This document shows positions 1 through 7,711 of a DNA stretch of 32,000 bases, piece after piece. This stretch comes from Delftia acidovorans NBRC 14950. Its GTDB lineage: Bacteria; Pseudomonadota; Gammaproteobacteria; Burkholderiales; Burkholderiaceae_C. How positions within the stretch are numbered: position 1 is the first letter of the stretch; every line of letters starts with the position of its first letter. The DNA lies in the NCBI RefSeq assembly GCF_001598795.1, contig NZ_BCZP01000012.1, forward strand, positions 60,001 to 92,000, given 5' to 3'. Made by a program: the position numbers and the translations under genes. A model generated the notes under the pieces. The model had not been told where the DNA came from and did not search any database. It saw only the letters and a list, made by a program, of their open reading frames with translations.

Positions 1-1
1 G

Positions 2-1612
2 GACCCCGTGCCGTCGACCCCGCCGCATGTGCGCGATGACGAGATCCACACCCTGCCGCATTCCCTGGATCCCCATCGGCCCACGCGGCCCATGGCTCCC
101 AGCCTGCGTGAGCACCGGCCTGCGGCACCGCAGCAGGACGACCGCCGGGGACCGGATACCCTGGCTTCGCCCTATGTGCAGCGCGGCGCCCAGATGCGCC
201 CCGGCGTGACCTATGAGCTGCACGAGGATGTGGACCCTGGCGACTTCGGGCCGGCCACCATTCCCGTGCCTGTGTCCGTGCATGCCGAGCTGGAAACCGA
301 GCCTGCGCCGCAGGCACCGTCACCTGTGCGCACATCCGCGCCCGAGGCCATCAAGGCCAGGCGCATGGTGCAGCCCGGCGAACTGTTCGACGTGCAGCAA
401 CAGGCGGAATTCTTCATCTCGGTGGGCGAGCACCAGCAGGCCATCGAACTGCTGCGCTCGCATATCGACACGCATGAGGATTCCTCGCCGCTGGCCTATC
501 TGGAGCTGCTTCACCTGTACTACACGCTGAGCCGCCGCGACGATTTCGACCAGCTGCGCGCGCGTTTTGCCCGGCATTTCAACGCCCGTGTGCCGGCCAT
601 GCCGGGCTTTACCGACAAGGGCAGCAGCCTGCTGCAGGGCTACCCCGAGCAACTGGCGCGCATCGAGGCCCTGTGGCCCGTGGAAGAAGTCGAAGCTTGC
701 CTGGCGCACTACCTGTTCAAGCAGGACGGTGCACCCGACCCCGATGCGCCGGCCCCCTTCGACCTGGCGGCCTTCGACGACCTGCTGCTGCTGCTGTCCA
801 TTGCGCGCACCTCACCTGCCGGAACCCGCGGCGAACCCGGCCCGCGCGAGCGCACCACGCCGCGCATGGTCACGGGCACTGCCGCAGCCGCAGCCGGCGC
901 AGCCACGGCCGGCGCGGCGGCCTTCACAGCGGCTGCAGAAACCACGCCGGCGCAGGCTCCTGCATCCGCGGCCACGGGCGTGGACTGGATGGCAGAGCTG
1001 CAGCCGCCGATAGAACCTGCACAGCCGCAGCCGGGCTCAGTGACGCCGCTGGAGCCGGGCCTGGAGTTCACCCCCATGGACACGCTGCCCCTGTCCACGG
1101 GTGCTGTCGGTGGCGGCGACAGGCCTGCAAGCAGCGCACCGGACTCGTTGTCCGCACCGCTGCACTTCGAGCTGCAGCCCCTGAACTTCGATCTGGATCA
1201 GGCCGGCCAACTGCCCGCAGGCCAGGTGCGCGCCGTGCCCCTGGGCGAGGCGCCTTCCTTCATCCACGATGAGTCGGCACCGCTGCTGGACATAGACCTC
1301 ACGGACCTGGGCGAGAACGAGCTACCGCATGTCGATGTGCCCTCGCGCTTTCCGCCCGTGACGCTGTCGATGCCCGGCTCGGGTGCCGTGGGTTTCAGCA
1401 GCCACAATCTCAAGGCGCCGCTGGACATGGACCTGGCGCTGGACAAGTGGGAGCTGGAGCCGCCCGACACCGTGCGTGAGCACCGTGGCCTGGACGAGCC
1501 GCTGAGCCGCTCGGTGGACATGCTGCTGTCGCGCGAGACCGACCCGGCCTTTCGTAGCTCACCACAGGCTCCGTCGCCGCAGGCAGACGACAAGGATCCG
1601 CCCAAGGGCTGA
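2..1612 (+). CDS. FimV/HubP-like polar landmark / pilus-assembly protein, C-terminal part (5' end outside window)
   Basis: The frame is open to the window edge, with no stop before the GTG at nt 8. It contains QQQAEFFISVGEHQQAIELLRSHI..SPLAYLELLHLYYTLSRRDDFDQLRARFARHFNARVP..FDLAAFDDLLLLLSIAR, a block I recognise from beta-proteobacterial FimV-type proteins. An Ala/Pro-rich and acidic low-complexity tail follows. Stop TGA is at 1610-1612, followed by a hairpin terminator. Confidence 0.55.
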   Translation, partial: DPVPSTPPHVRDDEIHTLPHSLDPHRPTRPMAPSLREHRPAAPQQDDRRGPDTLASPYVQRGAQMRPGVTYELHEDVDPGDFGPATIPVPVSVHAELETEPAPQAPSPVRTSAPEAIKARRMVQPGELFDVQQQAEFFISVGEHQQAIELLRSHIDTHEDSSPLAYLELLHLYYTLSRRDDFDQLRARFARHFNARVPAMPGFTDKGSSLLQGYPEQLARIEALWPVEEVEACLAHYLFKQDGAPDPDAPAPFDLAAFDDLLLLLSIARTSPAGTRGEPGPRERTTPRMVTGTAAAAAGAATAGAAAFTAAAETTPAQAPASAATGVDWMAELQPPIEPAQPQPGSVTPLEPGLEFTPMDTLPLSTGAVGGGDRPASSAPDSLSAPLHFELQPLNFDLDQAGQLPAGQVRAVPLGEAPSFIHDESAPLLDIDLTDLGENELPHVDVPSRFPPVTLSMPGSGAVGFSSHNLKAPLDMDLALDKWELEPPDTVREHRGLDEPLSRSVDMLLSRETDPAFRSSPQAPSPQADDKDPPKG

Positions 1613-1619
1613 GGCAGTG

Positions 1620-1649
1620 AAAAAAAAGGGAGCATCTGCTCCCTTTTTT
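1620..1649. terminator. Bidirectional intrinsic terminator between convergent fimV-like and thiE genes
   Basis: The sequence is an A-run (1620-1627), GGGAG, loop catctg, CTCCC, then a T-run (1644-1649). It lies between stop codons at 1612 (+) and 1671 (-). Confidence 0.8.
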
Positions 1650-1670
1650 GTTGGAGTGCCCAGCAAGAAC

Positions 1671-2594
1671 TCAGTCGGCAGCGTGCATGCTTGCGAGCAA
1701 CTGCTGCGCCGCCGCTTCAGGATCCTCGGCATTGACCAGTGCCCGCACCACGGCCACCGAGCCTACGCCCGTGGCGCGCACGGCCGGGAACTGGTCGGCT
1801 GAGATGCCGCCGATGGCCACCAGCGGGTAACGCTGCATCAGCCGCACATAGGAGCCCAGGCGCGCCAGGCCCTGCGGAGCCGTGGCCATTTTCTTGAGTG
1901 TGGTGGGGAAGACGGCGCCCAGCGCGATGTAGCTGGGCTGCACCGCATGGGCGCGCACCATTTCGGCATAGCCATGCGTGCTCACGCCCAGGCGCAGGCC
2001 CGAGGCGTGGATGGCCTGCAGGTCGGCGCCGGCCAGCGCGTCCAGGTCTTCCTGGCCCACATGCACGCCATAGGCGCCGGCATCGATGGCCTCGCGCCAG
2101 TGGTCGTTGATGAAGAGCAGGGCGCCCGTGCCTTCCACGGCGGCCACGGCGGCACGCACTTCGCGGGCGATGGCGTCGCGGTCCTCGGACTTGAAGCGCA
2201 ATTGCACGGTGGGCACACCGGCGCGGGCCATGCGGCCCACCCATTGCGCGTCGGGCAGCACGCCGTACAGGCCCAGGGACCTTGGGCAGTCCGGGAAGGC
2301 CAGTGCGGGATCGGAGCCGTCCAGGCCGAAGTCGCGCGGATCGTCGGGCCATAGCGTGGCCTCGAAGCGGCCCCTGCGCAGCGTCTGCGCCTGCCAGGCG
2401 CAGGCCAGCGTCTCGGCGTCGATGGTGATGAAGCCCAGCGCGCTGCAGGCCTGCAGTGCCGCAAGATAGGCCGGCTCCTGGCGCTGTGTCTGCGGCACGG
2501 GCTGCGAGGGCAGGGCGGAGCCTTCAGGGGCGAAGGTGGCGCCGTGCAGGCGCACGATGGCATCTGCCCAGGATTGGATGGAGTCGTTGCTCAT
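1671..2594 (-). CDS. thiE: Thiamine-phosphate synthase (ThiE) with ~100-aa N-terminal extension
   Basis: From residue ~100 the protein aligns by eye with E. coli ThiE: FPDCPRSLGLYGVLPD, VQLRFK, LFINDHW, YGVHVGQEDL, GLRLGVSTH, PSYIALGAVFPT, VAIGGI, GVGSVAVV. An AGGAGA Shine-Dalgarno (SD) sequence precedes the ATG at 2594. It is the last gene of the thiOSGE string. Confidence 0.9.
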   Translation of the reverse strand: MSNDSIQSWADAIVRLHGATFAPEGSALPSQPVPQTQRQEPAYLAALQACSALGFITIDAETLACAWQAQTLRRGRFEATLWPDDPRDFGLDGSDPALAFPDCPRSLGLYGVLPDAQWVGRMARAGVPTVQLRFKSEDRDAIAREVRAAVAAVEGTGALLFINDHWREAIDAGAYGVHVGQEDLDALAGADLQAIHASGLRLGVSTHGYAEMVRAHAVQPSYIALGAVFPTTLKKMATAPQGLARLGSYVRLMQRYPLVAIGGISADQFPAVRATGVGSVAVVRALVNAEDPEAAAQQLLASMHAAD

Positions 2595-2605
2595 GGCCGG
2601 TCTCC

Positions 2606-3448
2606 TCAGCCGTGGTGCCAGAACGGCGTGCCCAGCACGGGCGTGCTGGGCTGGGCGGCAGATTGCTCGGCCATGGCGCCGGCGCGGTGGGCGGCGTGGC
2701 CGGCATTCACGGCATCGGCAAAGGCGCCGGCCATGGCCACCGGGTCTTCGGACAAGGCCACGGCCGTGTTCAGCAGCACGGCGTCATAGCCCCACTCCAT
2801 GACCTGGCAGGCATGCGAGGGCCGACCCAGGCCCGCATCCACGATCAGCGGCACCTTCAGGCGTTCGCGCAGCGTCTGCATGGCATAGGGGTTGACGGGG
2901 CCGCGGCCCGTGCCGATGGGCGCCGCCCAAGGCATGACGGCCTGGCAGCCCACATCCACCAGGCGCTGGCACAGCACCAGGTCCTCGGTGGTGTAGGGCA
3001 GGACCTGGAAGCCGTCCTTGATGAGGATGGAGGCGGCCTCGACCAGGTTCAGCGTGTCGGGCTGCAGGGTGTAGTCGTCGCCGATCAGCTCCAGCTTGAT
3101 CCAGGGCGTCTCGAAGACTTCGCGCGCCATCTGGGCCGTGGTCACGGCTTCCTGCACGGTCATGCAGCCGGCGGTGTTGGGCAGCACGGGCACGTTGAGC
3201 TTTCTGAGCAGTTCCCAGAAGCTGGCACCGGTCTCGGCGGCATTGCTGCCCTGGCGGCGCAGCGAGGCCGTGACCATGGCCGGGCGGGCACGCTGCACGG
3301 CAGCTTCCAGCACGGCGGGCGAGGGATAGCGGGAGGTGCCCAGCAGCAGGCGGCTGTCAAAGCGCTGGCCGTACAGGACCAGGCTGTCGTCGGAGGAAGA
3401 GGCGGAAGTCGTCATGGCGTGAGGCAATGGGAGAGTCGGATGGGGCAT
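2606..3448 (-). CDS. thiG: Thiazole synthase ThiG
   Basis: Motifs: [65 protein letters not shown]. The ATG at 3448-3446 overlaps the thiS stop (ATGA). An alternative ATG lies at 3415. Confidence 0.93.
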   Translation of the reverse strand: MPHPTLPLPHAMTTSASSSDDSLVLYGQRFDSRLLLGTSRYPSPAVLEAAVQRARPAMVTASLRRQGSNAAETGASFWELLRKLNVPVLPNTAGCMTVQEAVTTAQMAREVFETPWIKLELIGDDYTLQPDTLNLVEAASILIKDGFQVLPYTTEDLVLCQRLVDVGCQAVMPWAAPIGTGRGPVNPYAMQTLRERLKVPLIVDAGLGRPSHACQVMEWGYDAVLLNTAVALSEDPVAMAGAFADAVNAGHAAHRAGAMAEQSAAQPSTPVLGTPFWHHG

Positions 3449-3645
3449 CAGCCGCCGGTCACGGGCGAGATCACTTCGAGGCGGTCGCCGTCGTTCAGCG
3501 CCTGCTCGGCATAGCGGGTCTTGGGCACGAAGACGGTGTTGATGGCCACGGCAAAGGGCGGGCGCGGCGCAAGCTGGGCCAGCGCGTCGGCCACGGTGGC
3601 TCCGTCGCTCAGTTCGGTCGCTTGCTGGTTGATGGTGATGTTCAT
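3448..3645 (-). CDS. thiS: Sulfur-carrier protein ThiS (66 aa)
   Basis: MNITINQQ...[10 protein letters not shown] has ThiS size and a C-terminal Gly-Gly. I chose the internal ATG at 3645 rather than the ORF-track start at 3726. The stop overlaps the thiG start. Confidence 0.85.
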   Translation of the reverse strand: MNITINQQATELSDGATVADALAQLAPRPPFAVAINTVFVPKTRYAEQALNDGDRLEVISPVTGG

Positions 3646-3764
3646 GGCGGCTGGGGGGAAACGAAAGGCGGGTACGGGGGCTTGTTCGATCTTAGGCAGG
3701 GCCGGGCCTGGCGACCCTGCGTGCATGTCCGGTCTGTTGTGCGTGAAAGTGCCGTGCGTGCCGT

Positions 3765-4883
3765 TCAGGCGGCTGCCTTGTGCTGCGATGGCGCATGCTC
3801 GACGGCAACATCGAAGCGGCGGGCCAGTTCGGAATCACCGCCGTCGAGCAACTCCAGCACCACGTCCAGCATGGCCGGCGCGATCATGAAGCCATGGCGG
3901 TACAGGCCGTTGACCTCCATCACGCGCGGCGCGCTCCAGCGCACGGCCGGCAGATTGTCGGGCAGGGTGGGGCGGCACTGGGTGGCTATCTCGACGATGC
4001 GGCCCTCGGCAAAACCCGGATGCACGGTGTAGGCGGCACTCAGCAGCTCCAGCGTGGAGCGCACGCTGGCCGGCGACATGTCGTCGGACTCGATCTCGGT
4101 GGCGCCGATGACGAAGAGGTGGTCCTCCTTGGGCGCAATGTAGATCGGGTAGCGCGGATGGATCAGGCGCGTGGGCCGCTGCAGCGTGACCTCGGGCGCG
4201 TGGATGCGCACCACCTCGCCGCGCACGCCGCGCAGCGCGGGCCACTGGCCGCGTGCGCCCAGGCCCCGGCAGTCCAGCACCCAGTCGGGCTGGCCCGGCG
4301 TGCCGGGTTGGAAGTCGGCCAGCTCGCGCGGCTGGTTCCAGTGCTGCTCCACGCCCAGGCGGGTCAGCGTGGCGTGAAGTGAGGCCAGCAGCTGGCGGTT
4401 GTCCAATTGGCCCTCGCCCTGCAGGTACATGGCCTGGGCAAAGCGCCGCTCAAGCGCGGGCTCGCAGTCGTGCAGGGCCTGGTCGGCCAGCGGCTGCAGC
4501 GCGGGAAGGCTGGGGTTGATGCGGCGGTTTTTCTCCAGCAGGCCGAAGAAGCGCTGGGCATCGCCCGCGTCCTGGCGGTGCCAGAGGATGAGGGTGCCGT
4601 TTTGCTGGAAGAACACGGGCGCATCGAGCTGGGCCAGCAGTTCGGGCCAGCGCGTCAGGCCGTGCTGGCCCATGCGCACCACGCCGGGCTCGGTGATGGC
4701 CGATTCGGCCAGGGGCGCGAGCATGGCGGCTGCCACGCGGGCGGCAGCGCCATCGCCTTCGGGGCCGTGGGCGTCGTATACGGCAATGCCGTGGCCGCGA
4801 CGGGCCAGCGCCAATGCCAGCAGCCGGCCCATGAGGCCGCCGCCCAGAATGGCGATGCGGGAAGAAGCTTGTAGAACGGACAT
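3765..4883 (-). CDS. thiO: FAD-dependent glycine oxidase ThiO
   Basis: It has an N-terminal dinucleotide fold, RIAILGGGLMGRLLALALARRGH, and a DAO-family body, and sits first in thiOSGE behind a TPP riboswitch. I chose the start at ATG 4883 (ATG 4889 is also possible). The 76-codon upstream extension in the track covers the riboswitch. Confidence 0.85.
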   Translation of the reverse strand: MSVLQASSRIAILGGGLMGRLLALALARRGHGIAVYDAHGPEGDGAAARVAAAMLAPLAESAITEPGVVRMGQHGLTRWPELLAQLDAPVFFQQNGTLILWHRQDAGDAQRFFGLLEKNRRINPSLPALQPLADQALHDCEPALERRFAQAMYLQGEGQLDNRQLLASLHATLTRLGVEQHWNQPRELADFQPGTPGQPDWVLDCRGLGARGQWPALRGVRGEVVRIHAPEVTLQRPTRLIHPRYPIYIAPKEDHLFVIGATEIESDDMSPASVRSTLELLSAAYTVHPGFAEGRIVEIATQCRPTLPDNLPAVRWSAPRVMEVNGLYRHGFMIAPAMLDVVLELLDGGDSELARRFDVAVEHAPSQHKAAA

Positions 4884-4987
4884 GTGCATCTGGTGGTCAA
4901 GTGCGCCCATGCCCGTGGGACTGCCGGCCGGCTGTCCGCGCACAGGGCATGTGCTGGACAAAACGCGGCGTACCACCCCGATTGATT

Positions 4988-5163
4988 GAAACTCCCCACG
5001 CCAGCATGACCTGGATCGGGTGCAGGGGCGCTGCGCGGCAAGGTGCCTGTGGTGCAGGCTTGTGCGGCAGGGGGCTGGTCGCCCCGGGGCCCCAGGGTGT
5101 TTCTCAGTCACGCATCGGTGAGGCGGGCCAGGCCCTGTTTCACCGACGGGACACCCCTGTTTC
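4988..5163 (-). promoter_or_regulatory. TPP (THI-box) riboswitch upstream of thiOSGE
   Basis: The minus-strand RNA reads GAAAC-AGGGGUGUCCCGUCGGUG..CACCGAUGCGUGA-CUGAGAA-ACACCCUG..(about 70 nt extra hairpin)..CACCCGAUCCAGGUCAUGCUGGCGUGGGGA-GUUUC. This matches the conserved GGGGUG / CUGAGA / ACCUGAUCUGGAUAAUGCCAGCGUAGGGA pattern of the E. coli thiM aptamer, with a closing P1 GAAAC/GUUUC. Confidence 0.85.
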
Positions 5164-5237
5164 GTCCGTCAGCAGGCATTACAGCACATCCCGCAGCTGC
5201 CGGTATTGACCATGCGCATGGGTGATAATTTTCGCCC

Positions 5238-6119
5238 ATGACTGCCGACCACTCCCCTTCGACCGCCGCATCCCCCGAACCGGCTCCCGCCGCGCGCAAG
5301 CGCTATGCCCGCGTGCTCATCATCGCGGGCTCCGACAGCGGCGGCGGCGCCGGCATACAGGCCGACCTCAAGACCTGCAGCGCCCTGGGCTGCTACGGCA
5401 TGACGGCCATCACGGCCATCACCGTGCAGAACACGCTGGGCGTCAGCGGCATCCACGGCATTCCCGTGGACATACTGCGCGGCCAGATCGATGCGGTGGT
5501 CGAGGACATCGGCGCCGATGCCGTCAAGATCGGCATGCTGGCCACGCCCGAAGTGGTGCAGGTGGTGGCCGATGCCATCCGCCGCCACCAGCTGCGCAAC
5601 GTGGTGCTGGACCCCGTGATGGTGGCCACCAGCGGCGACCGGCTGATTGCCCCGGAAACCGCCTCCGTGCTGGTGCGCGAACTGTTCCCCCTGGCCACCG
5701 TGGTCACGCCCAATCTGGACGAGGCGGCGCTGCTGCTGGGCCACTCCATTGATGGCATAGACGCACTGGACGGCGCCGTGCAGGAACTCCTGGCGCTGGG
5801 CGCGCCTGCCGCCTTGCTCAAGGGCGGGCACTTGTCGGGCGATCTGGTGGTGGACCTGCTGGGCCATGGCAACGGCCAGCGGCTGCGCCTGCAGTCGCAG
5901 CGCATTGCCACGCACAACGGGCACGGCACGGGCTGCACGCTGTCTTCGGCGATTGCCTCTCACCTGGCGCTGGGCCTTCCGCTGGAGGCGGCCGTGGCCC
6001 AGGCGCGCGAGTACATCCTGGGCGCGATTGCGGCCGGCGCCGATGTGTTCACGGGCGCCGGCCATGGCCCGCTGAACCACGGTTATGCGCCGCGCGCGCA
6101 GGTCGTGGTCAACGGCTGA
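5238..6119 (+). CDS. thiD: Bifunctional hydroxymethylpyrimidine / phosphomethylpyrimidine kinase ThiD
   Basis: Motifs: VLIIAGSDSGGGAGIQADLKT, AITAITVQNT, DAVKIGML, DPVMVATSG, TPNLDEA, LLKGGH, GTGCTLSSAIA. It is divergent from the thi operon. Confidence 0.95.
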   Translation: MTADHSPSTAASPEPAPAARKRYARVLIIAGSDSGGGAGIQADLKTCSALGCYGMTAITAITVQNTLGVSGIHGIPVDILRGQIDAVVEDIGADAVKIGMLATPEVVQVVADAIRRHQLRNVVLDPVMVATSGDRLIAPETASVLVRELFPLATVVTPNLDEAALLLGHSIDGIDALDGAVQELLALGAPAALLKGGHLSGDLVVDLLGHGNGQRLRLQSQRIATHNGHGTGCTLSSAIASHLALGLPLEAAVAQAREYILGAIAAGADVFTGAGHGPLNHGYAPRAQVVVNG

Positions 6120-6153
6120 ACGTCCAGCCAGACGTCCAGGGAATCAGCCCAGG

Positions 6154-6630
6154 TCACCAGCCCCAGGTCAGGCTGCGCGCCACCCAGCCCTTTTGGCCGT
6201 TGTCGCGCTGGACCTGGGCCCAGGAGCCCTGTTTCCTGAGCGTGCGCACCACTTCCATCTCAGCCAGCTTGCCCACCACGCGATGGTTCTGGCCCGGGCC
6301 GGCGCGCAGGTTGGCGGTGCGCCCGGTCACCACCATGTGCGGGGTCTTGCCGGTCAGCGGCGCATGCACCCAGCCCAGCGTGCTCTCGTTGTCCCTGACG
6401 CGCAGCCACTGGCCCTTGCGCTGCACCACCTGCAGCGGATAGCCCTTGCCCAGTTCCCACAGCGTGGCCGAGCGCGTGGTGGGCTGCTGCCGCACATTGA
6501 CGCTGGCGCCCTTGACGCTGACGAACTCGCGCGCATGGGCGACGGCCGGAGCCAGGGTGGTGGTGAGGACGGCGAGGGCGGTGGCGGCTGCGGCCAGCCA
6601 GCGGGCGGCACGGCGTTGATTGCAAGGCAC
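6154..6630 (-). CDS. Exported protein with two bacterial SH3 (SH3b) domains
   Basis: GTG start preceded by an AGGAGA SD sequence. The signal peptide ends AVAHA. There are two repeats of the SH3b-like pattern: ASVNVRQQP..LWELGKGYPLQVVQRKGQWLRVRD..GWVH and ANLRAGPG..VVGKLAEMEVVRTLRKQGSWAQVQRDNGQKGWV. Confidence 0.7.
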   Translation of the reverse strand: MPCNQRRAARWLAAAATALAVLTTTLAPAVAHAREFVSVKGASVNVRQQPTTRSATLWELGKGYPLQVVQRKGQWLRVRDNESTLGWVHAPLTGKTPHMVVTGRTANLRAGPGQNHRVVGKLAEMEVVRTLRKQGSWAQVQRDNGQKGWVARSLTWGW

Positions 6631-6831
6631 GGGAACGGGTCTCCTTTCGTTCGAGGTCGGCTGGCGCGCGGAGACTTTCCAGCGCGGGCCGAGCCCAGGG
6701 AAAGCGCGTGGGATCAGGCGATGCCGCTATAGTTCCTGAATGAAACTGACGGGCGGCACCCCGGGTTCGCGTGCAATCGCCCGGGCTTGCCGTACGCTTG
6801 CCGCACCACAGTGTTTTCCAGGAGGGCTTGT

Positions 6832-7596
6832 ATGCACCATGCTGTTTCCCGATCCGGCGCGCAGGGCCGGCACGCGGCGATTCTGACGGCCTGCCTTGCG
6901 GCAGGACTGGCGGATGTCCAGGCGCAGGATGCCCAGGCCGTTGCCGCCGCCGCCGAGGGCCGCGACGCTGCCAAGGCGCAGGAGGGTGTGGTGAACCGCC
7001 CCGAATTCGGCCCCGCGCTGCTGGCGGCCGCCCAGGCCGGCGAAGCGCTGCAGGTACGCGACTGGCTCAAGCGCGGCGCACCTGTCGATGTGCGTGACCG
7101 GCAGGGCAACACTCCGCTGCTGCTGGCCGTGCGCGGCAACCATGTCGAGGTCGCGCGCTCCTTGCTGGTCCACGGGGCCAATCCCAATCTCAAGAACGAC
7201 CTGCAGGACAGCGCCTATCTGCTGGCCGGTGCCCTGGGCCGGCTGGAAATCCTGCGCATGACACTGTCGTATGGAGCCGACCTGCAAAGCGTCAACCGTT
7301 ATGGCGGCACGGCGCTGATCCCCGCCTGCGAGCGCGGCCACGTCGATACCGTGCAGGCCTTGCTGGCTGCCGGTGTGCGGGCCGACCATGTGAACCGGCT
7401 GGGCTGGACCTGCCTGCTCGAAGCCGTTTTGCTGGGCGATGGTGGCCCGCGCTACCAGGACATCGTGCGCCAGCTGATCACGGCGAAGGCGGACCTCAGC
7501 CTGCCCGACAAGGACGGCGTCACGGCCCTGGCCCACGCCCGCCAGCGTAGCCAGCATGAGGTGGAGCGGCTGCTGCAGGAGGCGGGAGCGCGCTGA
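6832..7596 (+). CDS. Exported ankyrin-repeat protein
   Basis: ATG at 6832 with a GGAGG SD sequence 6 nt upstream (the track start at 6787 is TTG). Signal-like N-terminus AAILTACLAAGLADVQAQ. Ankyrin repeats: GNTPLLLAVRGNHVEVARSLLVHGANPNLKN, GGTALIPACERGHVDTVQALLAAGV, GVTALAHARQRSQHEVERLLQEAGA. Confidence 0.85.
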   Translation: MHHAVSRSGAQGRHAAILTACLAAGLADVQAQDAQAVAAAAEGRDAAKAQEGVVNRPEFGPALLAAAQAGEALQVRDWLKRGAPVDVRDRQGNTPLLLAVRGNHVEVARSLLVHGANPNLKNDLQDSAYLLAGALGRLEILRMTLSYGADLQSVNRYGGTALIPACERGHVDTVQALLAAGVRADHVNRLGWTCLLEAVLLGDGGPRYQDIVRQLITAKADLSLPDKDGVTALAHARQRSQHEVERLLQEAGAR

Positions 7597-7676
7597 TCGG
7601 CGCAAGCGAAAACGCCTGAAATCGAGGTCTGAACACCAGAATCAGACGGATCTGATTGCTTGGGAAAGGTCTTGTT

Positions 7677-7695
7677 GCAAATGATTTCCATTTTC
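7677..7695. promoter_or_regulatory. Fur-box-like site upstream of the TonB-dependent receptor
   Basis: GCAAATGATTTCCATTTTC matches 13 of 19 positions of the GATAATGATAATCATTATC consensus by my count. It ends 17 nt before the receptor ATG. Confidence 0.4.
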
Positions 7696-7711
7696 AACAA
7701 AGGCCCTTGCC

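Noticed and set aside
3646-3726. 27-codon N-terminal extension of the thiS ORF
   Set aside because: ThiS proteins are ~66 aa. The internal ATG at 3645 gives MNITING-type ThiS of canonical length.
4884-5111. 76-codon N-terminal extension of the thiO ORF (GTG at 5111)
   Set aside because: The extension covers the TPP riboswitch aptamer, and its translation is Arg/Cys/Pro-rich. The FAD-binding GGGLMG motif sits at the normal distance from the internal ATG at 4883.
5206-5229. TTGACC and GATAAT hexamers just upstream of thiD, suggesting a promoter and a nearly leaderless thiD mRNA
   Set aside because: The spacer between the hexamers is only 12 nt by my count, far from the 16-18 nt needed for a sigma-70 promoter. 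I therefore cannot support it as a promoter call.
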